The notes beneath the pieces were generated by a model. It saw nothing but the letters and a program-made list of their open reading frames with translations, did no database searches and was not told the origin of the DNA. The position numbers were made by a program, and so were the translations under genes. Positions 36,442-45,487 of a DNA stretch of 64,000 bases are shown here, one piece after another. Origin of the DNA: a bacterium (lineage in GTDB: Bacteria > Patescibacteriota > Patescibacteriia > Buchananbacterales > GWA2-38-13); the NCBI GenBank assembly GCA_030648715.1, contig JAUSGZ010000014.1, forward strand, positions 1,055-65,054. The letters run 5' to 3'. Within the stretch, counting starts at the first letter, position 1. The number at the start of each line of letters is the position of its first letter.

Positions 36442-38103
36442 ATGAGTACTGTTCCCATGCACTACCAATTTCTGCCGAAATCTACCCCCAGGAATAAAAA
36501 GGAAATTATTTTCCGATTATATTTGTATCCGCTGACAGCCATTCTATCGCTGCTGCTTTTGTTTTTTTCCAATCCGAACCGCCTTGCTCATGACCAGATC
36601 GACCACAAATTGTTTTTCATGATATATGACCAGCCAAGCTTGTTTGCTGATGATTACCTCTGGGGTAGTGAACGTCGAAATCTGGTAGACAACCGCTATT
36701 CTTTCACGATAATCAAAAAAATAGGGCAATTCACAGGTAGCGATGAAGTAGCTCGATGGTTACTCGTTCCGTTCGCTTTCTTTTTCTTTACGATCGGTAT
36801 GTTTGAGTTTACGAGGATGATAACCAAGGAATATTTCTTTAGTTACCTTGTCGCAGTGCTTTCAAACATTCATATCCCTCATGTTTTTTCTGCAGAATGG
36901 GGTCTACCTGGACCATCGGAAATTGACCCATGGGTTTTTTATCAATCACTGACACCACTCATCTTGGCTATTTTTTATAAAGGTCTGGTTTCCGGAAAAG
37001 ATTGGATGATAGTGGTGAGCTTTGCAATCGCAGGTTTACTGGGAAACCTTCACATTATTTCAGCTTTTTACCTCATCGGAATACTATTTATTAGCTATAT
37101 AGTTTCACGTGGAACTAATAGTAAATATATATTAAAATCGTTAATTTACGCTGTATTAAGTGGAATATTATCATTACCATACGTTTTGCGACATTATTTA
37201 GATAAAATACCACACCCAGTTTCATTTAATTCATCGAACGCTGAGGCATGGGACGCGATCAACGTAATTGCCGGCCATACAACACTGAACGGCCGTATTG
37301 CCAATCTCAATGCCTGGGTAATAGGCGAGTGGTACTTATTTTGGCCTTTCGTGGCTGCACTGGTGGCACTTCTGCTCATCGTGCGACGCTGGCGCCTTAT
37401 TGGCATTTCACCGTTCACCAAGTTTGCTGTACGTTTCATTCTCGCGACCGTTCTCTTCAATACCGCCTTTTCCGCATTGCAAATTTTCCGGCTGTACGTT
37501 CTTCACCAACTGCCGTTCTGGAACGAGCCCCGCGGCATGCAGCTGATCTATTTCGTTTTCTTTCCGGCCCTGGGATTACTTGGGACAGTACTCTGGCAAC
37601 GGACGCGAGTTTGGTGGAACTTCGAACGGCAACTTATCGTACTTGCGATCGCTATATTGACTGTCAGTATCGGAGTTCGCGTTAATCTGCCGCTGCTGGC
37701 CGACCGGTACCGGGACCACATTACCCCACGTTACAGTTTTAATACCTGCGATGCGCAACTTTACTTCGCGTTCAACCATGCGTCACTACCGCCAGGTCCG
37801 GTATTGATCGACCCAGGCTATTGGAGCGCGTTTCGCATCTGCACCGGACGCTCGGTAGTCGTGCAAAACCGCGACAAAGCGTTCGCTTATTCGCAAGGCG
37901 CAGATACCATGATGGAATGGTACCGTCGCTTCAGAGAGGCGAACACGGGATTTGCATCCGGGGGGGAGGGTCTGCTGCAAACGGCAAAAAAATATGGGTC
38001 ACGAGTTATCGTTAGCCGAAATTGCGTGCCACTGCCGACGGATGTGGACATTCGGCGCACCAGCGTCGGCAACGAGGGTTGCATTGACGCCCTTCCTGAC
38101 TGA
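36442..38103 (+). CDS. Multi-pass membrane protein, probable GT-C-like glycosyltransferase
   Basis: 553 aa, more than 10 TMs, early 'HDQID..PSLFADD', extracytoplasmic C-terminal domain. Confidence 0.7.
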   Translation: MSTVPMHYQFLPKSTPRNKKEIIFRLYLYPLTAILSLLLLFFSNPNRLAHDQIDHKLFFMIYDQPSLFADDYLWGSERRNLVDNRYSFTIIKKIGQFTGSDEVARWLLVPFAFFFFTIGMFEFTRMITKEYFFSYLVAVLSNIHIPHVFSAEWGLPGPSEIDPWVFYQSLTPLILAIFYKGLVSGKDWMIVVSFAIAGLLGNLHIISAFYLIGILFISYIVSRGTNSKYILKSLIYAVLSGILSLPYVLRHYLDKIPHPVSFNSSNAEAWDAINVIAGHTTLNGRIANLNAWVIGEWYLFWPFVAALVALLLIVRRWRLIGISPFTKFAVRFILATVLFNTAFSALQIFRLYVLHQLPFWNEPRGMQLIYFVFFPALGLLGTVLWQRTRVWWNFERQLIVLAIAILTVSIGVRVNLPLLADRYRDHITPRYSFNTCDAQLYFAFNHASLPPGPVLIDPGYWSAFRICTGRSVVVQNRDKAFAYSQGADTMMEWYRRFREANTGFASGGEGLLQTAKKYGSRVIVSRNCVPLPTDVDIRRTSVGNEGCIDALPD

Positions 38104-38371
38104 ATAATATTTCGTTTTGTAAAGGGTTAAGCAGCGCTCCATTCGCTCAACATGGAAATATCTGTTCAGGCTGGCTGAATGAATCAAAAGTCAAGGGTGA
38201 ACAACAATGGGGTGCAGTACAATTCAAGTGTTTTTATGTTGCCGGCTGCTAAAACATTTTTTTAAGACGGGTAAATAATTTGTCGCGGACATTATTCCAG
38301 AGAGTTTAAACGGAATTTAAAAATAAGAAAAAAATGGCCCAAAGAGGCCATTTTTTGTCGACTAAAAAAAA

Positions 38372-39259
38372 TTACTTTTGTGCGAACAAAACCAGATTTC
38401 CGGCGTACATTTTCAACCTCACATCAAGACCGGGCCTTTGGAGGAGTCGCAGCAGGAATAGTTTCATCTTTTTCGGTAACGGAAATAACCGCACCCAGTA
38501 AGAAAGATTATGAATGTTGAATGCGCTGTTCACTTCGCGCACGGTGAATCCGTGCTTTTCAAACAGCGCCCGCATCGTCCGCTTATCGTAGAGGTAGGTA
38601 TGTTCGATATCGATGATCGGGCTGGCGCGGCCTAAAAGTTTTGCCGACCAGGCGCCGACGTTGTGGTTAAAGAACAACGCCACTCCGTTTTTTTTCAACA
38701 GCCCGCGGCAGGATGCCAGCACCGCGTTGGGGTCCGGCAAATGGTCCAGGGTCTGGAAGCAGCAGATGACGTCAAAGTACTCATTGGGGAACAGCCCCGG
38801 GCGGATAACGTCGACCAGGATGTGCGGACGAAGTTCCGGGGGCGCTTTTTCTACCGATTTTTCCCCCGGCTCGACCCCATAGACTTCCGCGTAACCCTGC
38901 CGCTGCGCCTCGTCGAGAAAGAAACCGTTGCCGCAGCCGATCTCGAGCAGGCGTTCCTTCTCCGCATGGTAGCGCGCCACCTGCTGCAGGTAATGGCCGT
39001 ACGTGCGCACCAGGTTCTCGACCTGCGCATCGTAACTGACAAAGCTTTTGCGATACCACGCGTTGATCTTTTCCACTTCCAGGATCGGATTGGAGTAGAT
39101 CAGGCCGCAGCGGTTGCAACGCACGATACGGTAATGGATACGGTCGGGCAGTCGGCGCGCCGAAAATATCTTCTCGTCGAGAAGCTGCACGTCGAAATTC
39201 TCTTGATAGACGACCGCGAAGTCGCTGCGCTCACACAGCGCACAATTTTGCTGTACCAT
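38372..39259 (-). CDS. Class I SAM-dependent methyltransferase with N-terminal Cys knuckles
   Basis: CALC..CNRC, 'LLEIGCGNG', 'FQTLDHLPDP'. Confidence 0.9.
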   Translation of the reverse strand: MVQQNCALCERSDFAVVYQENFDVQLLDEKIFSARRLPDRIHYRIVRCNRCGLIYSNPILEVEKINAWYRKSFVSYDAQVENLVRTYGHYLQQVARYHAEKERLLEIGCGNGFFLDEAQRQGYAEVYGVEPGEKSVEKAPPELRPHILVDVIRPGLFPNEYFDVICCFQTLDHLPDPNAVLASCRGLLKKNGVALFFNHNVGAWSAKLLGRASPIIDIEHTYLYDKRTMRALFEKHGFTVREVNSAFNIHNLSYWVRLFPLPKKMKLFLLRLLQRPGLDVRLKMYAGNLVLFAQK

Positions 39260-39304
39260 GAATCCTTGAGTATGCTACTATTGACCCTGTATTTTGGCGC
39301 AGCT

Positions 39305-40090
39305 ATGGACCAAATCCAGCTCCACGAAAACTTGCGGCGCACGATGATCCGCATCGCGCACGCCAGTAAATCGGGCCATACCCACATCGGATCGTGCTTG
39401 TCGTGCATCGACATCGTAGCACAAACGATACTATTTGAAATGCGGCGAAACGACAAATTCATCCTCTCGAAAGGCCATGCTTCGCTGGCGCTGTATGTTG
39501 TGTTGCGCGAAAAAAAGCGGATCACCGACGAAATGCTGGACAGCTATTTTTGCGACGGCGGGCATTTCGGCATCCATCCGCCGTCATCACTCCCTGACGA
39601 CATCCCATTGCCGACCGGCAGCCTCGGACACGGGCTGTCATTCGGCTGCGGCGTCGCCAAAGGATTCCTCTACCGGCGAAAAAAGCCGCTGCCGCGCGTA
39701 TTCGTCCTGCTCTCTGATGGTGAATGCAATGAAGGCGCCGTCTGGGAGGCGGCAATGTTTGCCAGCCACCACCAACTGAACAATTTGGTCGCCCTGATCG
39801 ACCGCAACGGCTGGCAGGCCTTCGGCCGGACGAAAGAAGTGTTAGGCGACGCGGCGGCCCCGGACAAATGGCGGGCGTTCGGATTCAATACCTACCGCGT
39901 GAACGGCCACCGAATTTCCGACCTGCAGGCGGTATTCAAAAATATCCGCGTTAACCGCAACGGCAAACCGCACGCAGTCATCTGCGATACCGTGCGGGGC
40001 AAGGGCATTAAAACTCTACACGACCAGCTGCACTCCAATTATACGACCGTGGATACCGCCATGCTGCTGCAGGCGACGGGTTCCCACTAG
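39305..40090 (+). CDS. Transketolase-like N-terminal (ThDP-binding) subunit
   Basis: 'HIGSCLS', 'LSKGHA', 'TGSLGHG', 'SDGECNEGAVWEA'. Confidence 0.92.
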   Translation: MDQIQLHENLRRTMIRIAHASKSGHTHIGSCLSCIDIVAQTILFEMRRNDKFILSKGHASLALYVVLREKKRITDEMLDSYFCDGGHFGIHPPSSLPDDIPLPTGSLGHGLSFGCGVAKGFLYRRKKPLPRVFVLLSDGECNEGAVWEAAMFASHHQLNNLVALIDRNGWQAFGRTKEVLGDAAAPDKWRAFGFNTYRVNGHRISDLQAVFKNIRVNRNGKPHAVICDTVRGKGIKTLHDQLHSNYTTVDTAMLLQATGSH

Positions 40091-40091
40091 T

Positions 40092-40997
40092 ATGCGGGTT
40101 GCTTTCGCCAAATCTTTTTTGACGGTCGCCGCCAGAGATCCGCGCGTGATCTTTTTGACCGGCGACCTCGGATTCAACGCGTTCGAGCCGCTACAGCGCC
40201 GGCTGAAGAACCGCTTCATCAACGCCGGGGTCGCCGAACACAACATGGTGACCGCGGCGGCGGGCTTGGCCTATACGGGGTTGCAACCATGGGTGTACAG
40301 TATCGCGCCGTTCGTCACGATCAAGGTGGTGGAAGAGATCCGCAACGACATCTGCCTGCAAGGCGCCAACGTGAAGATCGTCGGGCTGGGCGGCGGCTAT
40401 GACTATGGCCTGGCCGGGCCGACGCACCACGCGCTTCAGGACGTAGCCGCGATCCTGTCATTGCCCAACATCAAGGTCTACGCGCCAGGGTTCGCGCAGG
40501 ATGTGGCGGTCATTGTCGGAAAAATGCACCGGGAGAAAACGCCGGCGTACCTGCGGCTGACGAAGGGCCAGCCCACGGACCTGCGGCTGCCGCCCTATGC
40601 ACCGAGCCGCCGTATTGCGAAAGGCGCCAAGATGACGGTCGTCGCCCTGGGCTCCATCGCGAGACCGATTTGCGAGCTGGTCGCGCAAAAGGCCGTGCCG
40701 GCGGGGACCATTGACCTGTGGGTGGTCTCCGAACTGCCGCAAGAACTTCCGCCACAGCTGTTCCGATCCATCCGCCAGACCAAAACCCTGGCCGTCGTGG
40801 AGGAACACGTAAAAACCGGCGGTTTGGGGCAGTGGATCGCCCACACGCTCATTGAGCGCGGCATCCCGGTTTCCCGCTTCATCCATCTGTATGCCAAGGG
40901 GTATGCCACGAAACGCTACGGCAGCCACGAGTTCTATCTGCGACAGACCGGACTGGACAAGGGAAGCATTGCGCGGACGCTCCGCCGCTCCCTGTAA
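40092..40997 (+). CDS. Transketolase-like C-terminal subunit
   Basis: 'TGDLG', 'NAGVAEHNM', 'GPTHH', 'VEEH..GGLG'. Confidence 0.92.
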   Translation: MRVAFAKSFLTVAARDPRVIFLTGDLGFNAFEPLQRRLKNRFINAGVAEHNMVTAAAGLAYTGLQPWVYSIAPFVTIKVVEEIRNDICLQGANVKIVGLGGGYDYGLAGPTHHALQDVAAILSLPNIKVYAPGFAQDVAVIVGKMHREKTPAYLRLTKGQPTDLRLPPYAPSRRIAKGAKMTVVALGSIARPICELVAQKAVPAGTIDLWVVSELPQELPPQLFRSIRQTKTLAVVEEHVKTGGLGQWIAHTLIERGIPVSRFIHLYAKGYATKRYGSHEFYLRQTGLDKGSIARTLRRSL

Positions 40998-41032
40998 ACC
41001 GTCAATTTCTGACGACCCTGGCGCGCCACATC

Positions 41033-41971
41033 TTGAAACTGCGCGGTCCCATCGCTGTTTTCGGCGCCGGCGGTTTTGTCGGGGTTAATTTGCTGCAAAC
41101 GCTGCGGGAACAACGTTCGGACGTCATCGGTTATTCCCAAGCGCCCGCCAGATCCTGGCGGCTCCGCCAGGCCAAGATCCCAACGACCTGCCTGGAAAAA
41201 ATTGACCTGCTGCAGCCCGCGCAGCTTGCCCGTACGTTGGCGCGTCACCGGCCCCAGACGGTCTTCAACCTCGCGGCCTACGGCGCCTACGCCAAACAAA
41301 AGGATATCGCCAAGATCCACGCCACGAATTTTCTCTCCACGGTCAACTGCCTGGAGCTCCTGAAACGGCGCGGATTTGCAGCTTACCTCCACGCCGGTTC
41401 CCAATCGGAGTATGGGCTCAATGCCGCCGGACCGCGCGAGGACGCCGAGCTGGTCCCCAACAGCCACTACGCCGTCTCCAAGACCGCCGCCTACTACCTA
41501 ATGAAATACTACGGGAAGGTGGAACGATTGCCGGTCGCCCATGTCCGCCTCTACTCGGTGTACGGCCCGTGGGAAGAACCCGACCGGTTGATCCCCACCC
41601 TCATCCGCGCGGCGAAACAAAAAAAGTTGCCGCAGTTCGTCGCGGCCGACATTTCCCGCGACTTCGTGTACGTCGACGACGCCGTGGCGGCCCTTATCGC
41701 GGTGGCGGCCACCCTGCAGCGGAAAAACTACGGGGAGGCCTTCAATATTGCGACCGGTACGAAGACCACGATGCGCGAGCTGGCGGCCCTGACCAAGGAG
41801 CTGTTTTCCATCCCGCAGCGGCCGGCGTTCGGCACCATGCGCAACCGCGGCTGGGACGTCCGTGATTGGTACGGGAACCCGGCCAAGCTGCAGCGCACCA
41901 CCGGCTGGAAGGCGGCAACGACGCTCGCCCAGGGCCTGAAGCGCTGCTACGACCATGCAGGACGCGCCTGA
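41033..41971 (+). CDS. NAD-dependent epimerase/dehydratase
   Basis: GAGGFVG, 'SQSEYG', YAVSK, 'YSVYGP', 'RDFVYVDD'; TTG start. Confidence 0.9.
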   Translation: MKLRGPIAVFGAGGFVGVNLLQTLREQRSDVIGYSQAPARSWRLRQAKIPTTCLEKIDLLQPAQLARTLARHRPQTVFNLAAYGAYAKQKDIAKIHATNFLSTVNCLELLKRRGFAAYLHAGSQSEYGLNAAGPREDAELVPNSHYAVSKTAAYYLMKYYGKVERLPVAHVRLYSVYGPWEEPDRLIPTLIRAAKQKKLPQFVAADISRDFVYVDDAVAALIAVAATLQRKNYGEAFNIATGTKTTMRELAALTKELFSIPQRPAFGTMRNRGWDVRDWYGNPAKLQRTTGWKAATTLAQGLKRCYDHAGRA

Positions 41972-42665
41972 ATTTTCCATTGTCTTTCCGGTCCTCAACC
42001 AGGAAGACCACATTGAACGCGTCATCCGCGCCTACCATGCGGCGCTGCAAGACGCCAATTTTTCGTTTGAATTGATCCCCGTGGTCAACGGAACCACCGA
42101 CCGCAGCTACGCCATCTGCCAGCAGCTGGAGCGGACACTCCCGGAAATACGCGCGTTCCGGCTGCAGGGAGCCGGGTACGGGCTGGGCATTCTCCACGGG
42201 CTGGCGCAGGCAAGAGGGAAGTACCTCGGCTACCTCAACTGCGCCCGTATCACGGCGGAAGACCTCGTGATGTGCTTGCGGCAATTCCAGACCAACCCGG
42301 CGGCTATCGTACATGGAGTGCGCGTCCAGCGGAGCGCGGTGCAGCGTACGATCCTGTCGGTCGGCTACAGCACGCTCTGCCGGCTCATTTTCCGGCTCAA
42401 GACCTCGGACGTGAATGGCAACCCCAACTTTTTCTCGCGCCTGTGGTACGAGAAGTTCCACCTGCGCAGCACCGACAGCATGATCGACGTGGAGTTGCAG
42501 GACAACGTGGGCAAGGCCGACGCGCCGCTCATCGAAGTCCCCATCCACAGCTACCGGCGGCACGGCGGCATCTCCACGACGACATTCTGGACCACGTTCC
42601 GGCTGCTGAAAGAGGGAATCCACTACTGGTGGAGAACAAGGATCCTAAAAAACGACCAACGGTAA
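41955..42665 (+). CDS. Glycosyltransferase family 2 (DPM1-like)
   Basis: 'SIVFPVLNQE', 'VVNGTTD', 'GYGLGI'. Confidence 0.85.
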   Translation: MQDAPEFSIVFPVLNQEDHIERVIRAYHAALQDANFSFELIPVVNGTTDRSYAICQQLERTLPEIRAFRLQGAGYGLGILHGLAQARGKYLGYLNCARITAEDLVMCLRQFQTNPAAIVHGVRVQRSAVQRTILSVGYSTLCRLIFRLKTSDVNGNPNFFSRLWYEKFHLRSTDSMIDVELQDNVGKADAPLIEVPIHSYRRHGGISTTTFWTTFRLLKEGIHYWWRTRILKNDQR

Positions 42666-42695
42666 AAAAACCGCCCGCTCGGGCGGTTTTTTTAC
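42662..42695. terminator. Terminator
   Basis: gtaaaaaaaccgccc gctc gggcggtttttttac. Confidence 0.85.
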
Positions 42696-42776
42696 CGACC
42701 CCCGTTGACAAATCCAGCCGTCGTTGCCATACTTGCTACGGCGTTTCCCAACCGCGGTTCTTTTACGGAGGTACAG

Positions 42777-43004
42777 ATGGCCTACGAACATTTGAACGAT
42801 GAACAACTGCGACAGCGGATCAAGGAGCTCGAAGCGCAAGGCTTCACCGGCTTGAACAACGCCGAACTCCACCTGCTGAATATCGCGCAGACGTCCCGCA
42901 TGTCTGACGCGGATCTGCTGGCGAAAATCCGCGAACGCCGCGCTCAGGGCAAACCAACCGGCAAGCTCGAAGCCGCCGCCCGCCAACGCGGGCTTTCCAT
43001 CTAG
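42777..43004 (+). CDS. Small hypothetical protein (75 aa) with internal duplication
   Basis: Promoter TTGACA(42705)-17-CATACT; GGAGGT SD; ATG 42777. Confidence 0.8.
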   Translation: MAYEHLNDEQLRQRIKELEAQGFTGLNNAELHLLNIAQTSRMSDADLLAKIRERRAQGKPTGKLEAAARQRGLSI

Positions 43005-43053
43005 CACACTCGCACGCACCCCCAGAGGCTGGCACACCCAGCCTCGCATTTTT

Positions 43054-45120
43054 TTATTCCTCGAGCTGCGCGGAGATCAGCCGATAAATATCCAGCGTCT
43101 CCAGCTGCTCAGACAATACGTACGCGGACGGCAGCATCGTGCGGAAAAGATTCAATTCGTTGGCCCGCTGCCGCTGGAAATCATCGAAGGCGTCGCGGCC
43201 GTTGCCGACCAGCACGGCTTCGGGCTGCAGGCGAGTAACGGCGTCCGCCAGCACCCGCAGGTCGGCGGGCGTGTAGAGGTTGAAACTGTAATACACCGGC
43301 AGCGCGTTCACTTTACCCGCATAGTAAAGGAGTTTGCTGTCGTTGATGTGCACGAGCGCCACCCGCGATCCCGCAAACTCGCGAGCGATGATTTCCGCAT
43401 CACGGACCAGCACGTCTTCGTTGGCGGGGACGCGGCGGAAACTGGCGGCGACCGCGGCGTAGTCACGGTTGCCGAATTCTACCGGCAGCTTGACCAGGAT
43501 GAGCCCGAGGAAGAACGCCGCGACCGCGTATGCACCGGCAGCCGCCAGACGGCGGGACGACCCCGCCAGTTGGGGAAGGTAACGGTCGACCAGGACGGCA
43601 ATGACCACCACCCACGGCCAGGCGACAAAATACAGTTGCTGCCAGGTAGATTCGCCAATGTAGTACACCATCGAGAGCGCACCGTAGGCGGCAATAAAAA
43701 GCAGCGGCCCATCCAAGGGCATGCCGCTCAACAGTCTACGCGCCTGTGCGACCAGCACGGCAAGATAGGTGAGCACGAGCACCTGGAAAAGTCCGAACAT
43801 CGGCAGCGGGGACACGAAGTATCCCTGGGTCACCTGCCGGAGCTCACGCAGGTAGTGCAACCAATCCGGCGCAGCACCCACGGTAACGATGTTGGCCAGC
43901 GTGATCATCCCGAATACCGCCGCCGCGAACGCAAGGTAGATACCCCCCAGCCGCCGGACTCGCGAAAGCAGCGGCGCGGAACTGGAAGCTGCGAGGGAAA
44001 TCAGCACGGCGCCGCCCACCGCCAGCCCGGTATCCAAATTCCAAAAAAGCGCCAATGCCGCCCAGGCCAGCGCCAAGCGCGCCGACGCCCAGCGACCGTG
44101 CCGGGCAAACGACTGCACGCACCACCACGCCGGCACCACCAGCCAGAACCGGAACGGGGTCATGGCGGGGAAGAGGTACGCGCTGCGCGTCGGGCTGGTC
44201 TGGAACAACAACAGAAGCGCAAACACCGCCAGCGTCGTTACCGCGGCCAGTACGGACGACGTCAGCGACCGCCGCAGCACGGCAAATAGGCCGGCCAAGA
44301 ACCCAAAAAATACGACCGCCAGCAGCAGCGAGAACGCCGGATACGCGAAAGGCAGCACCCAGCGGAATATGGCGGAGATCGCGTAGTGGTTCAGCACCCC
44401 GTACAAACTGGACGTCTCATACAGCAGCGCCTTGCCATGCAGCTGGTCGTTGACCGGCGCCAAAAAATAGTTGTAGTGATGGTAGTCGACGGGGAAATTC
44501 GGATGCCACACGAGCAACGCGAGCAAGGGTAGCAGCAGCCACCACCCGCGCGCGAAGGCCCGGTCCACGAATGGCGGAACACGCACGGGCAGCGGGCGAC
44601 GGGAAAACGCGTACGCGGCGGCAAAAACGACCGCGGCCACGCCGACCAGGGCAACGGACGAAAACAGCCGTTTCGTGGTTAGCAGCCACAGCGCGCGGCC
44701 AAGCCCACGCGCCTGCACGTAGCCCAGCGCCGTTGAAAAAAATCCTGCCAATTTTCCGACCGGCGCAACGGGGGCAAGTGTGAAAACGACGAGCACCGCG
44801 CCAGCCACGACGACCCACCGCCGCGCCGAGCGGGGCACCGCGGCCGCGCAACGCTCCAACACCCATTTGCCCGCGAAGGCCAAGATGGGGATGACCAGGT
44901 ACCCGGCCAAGTAGAGCGGGATCTCATACGGCTCGGGATGCAAAAAACCCGGCCCGAAACTGGCAAACAGCGTCGGGGGCCGGTGGAATCCCCGGTACAG
45001 GTAATCCTGCAGCAGCCGCGCGCCCGCGAAGTAACCGACAACGGCCGCCGCCAGCCCCCAAAAAAAATACGCTCCGCGACCGCGGTTGAGCGCTAACAGC
45101 CATGACGTACGGGGCACCAT
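43054..45120 (-). CDS. Large multi-pass membrane protein, probable GT-C glycosyltransferase (paralog of 49994-52063)
   Basis: 688 aa, many TMs, 'DYHHYNYF..GKALLYE..YG', 'WNLDTG'. Confidence 0.8.
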   Translation of the reverse strand: MVPRTSWLLALNRGRGAYFFWGLAAAVVGYFAGARLLQDYLYRGFHRPPTLFASFGPGFLHPEPYEIPLYLAGYLVIPILAFAGKWVLERCAAAVPRSARRWVVVAGAVLVVFTLAPVAPVGKLAGFFSTALGYVQARGLGRALWLLTTKRLFSSVALVGVAAVVFAAAYAFSRRPLPVRVPPFVDRAFARGWWLLLPLLALLVWHPNFPVDYHHYNYFLAPVNDQLHGKALLYETSSLYGVLNHYAISAIFRWVLPFAYPAFSLLLAVVFFGFLAGLFAVLRRSLTSSVLAAVTTLAVFALLLLFQTSPTRSAYLFPAMTPFRFWLVVPAWWCVQSFARHGRWASARLALAWAALALFWNLDTGLAVGGAVLISLAASSSAPLLSRVRRLGGIYLAFAAAVFGMITLANIVTVGAAPDWLHYLRELRQVTQGYFVSPLPMFGLFQVLVLTYLAVLVAQARRLLSGMPLDGPLLFIAAYGALSMVYYIGESTWQQLYFVAWPWVVVIAVLVDRYLPQLAGSSRRLAAAGAYAVAAFFLGLILVKLPVEFGNRDYAAVAASFRRVPANEDVLVRDAEIIAREFAGSRVALVHINDSKLLYYAGKVNALPVYYSFNLYTPADLRVLADAVTRLQPEAVLVGNGRDAFDDFQRQRANELNLFRTMLPSAYVLSEQLETLDIYRLISAQLEE

Positions 45121-45122
45121 AA

Positions 45123-45151
45123 TTGACAGGGGAATCCTTCACCACTATACT
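45123..45151 (+). promoter_or_regulatory. Near-consensus sigma70 promoter
   Basis: TTGACA-17 bp-TATACT. Confidence 0.8.
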
Positions 45152-45169
45152 AGGGATTCTGTTCTCTCA

Positions 45170-45445
45170 AAAGAGCGGATGACCGCGTCGGGCAATTTCG
45201 GAAAAGGGGACGCTTTCCCCTGCCAGCGCCTACCAAGCAGCAAGGGTTCTCTCCTTGCGACCGCCCCAACGTCCGGCAGACGTGCCTACGCCCGTCAATG
45301 TTTTGCACGGCGGGCGAAAGCGCATCGGAGTATGCAGAGGCAAACGCCGGTTTCCTTACCGGCGCTGACGAAGAGGTGCGCTGCAGTGACGCGCGCGGTA
45401 CCTACCCGTATTCCGAGGGTCAGTCTTGGCCGTTCTCCGCTCTTT
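45170..45445 (+). ncRNA. Unassigned structured non-coding RNA (~280 nt)
   Basis: Ends pair (AAAGAGCGGA/TCCGCTCTTT); at least 9 further nested helices; flanked by a + strand promoter and terminator; no credible ORF. Confidence 0.75.
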
Positions 45446-45453
45446 CTTTGCCG

Positions 45454-45487
45454 CGCCCGTTGGGATTCTTCCCGACGGGCGTTTTTT
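45454..45487 (+). terminator. Rho-independent terminator (+ strand)
   Basis: CGCCCGTTGGGA TTCT TCCCGACGGGCG TTTTTT; U-tract and G:U wobble occur only on the + strand. Confidence 0.85.

Noticed and set aside
36268-38370. tRNA-anchored integrative element
   Set aside because: No integrase and no duplicated tRNA 3' end were found.
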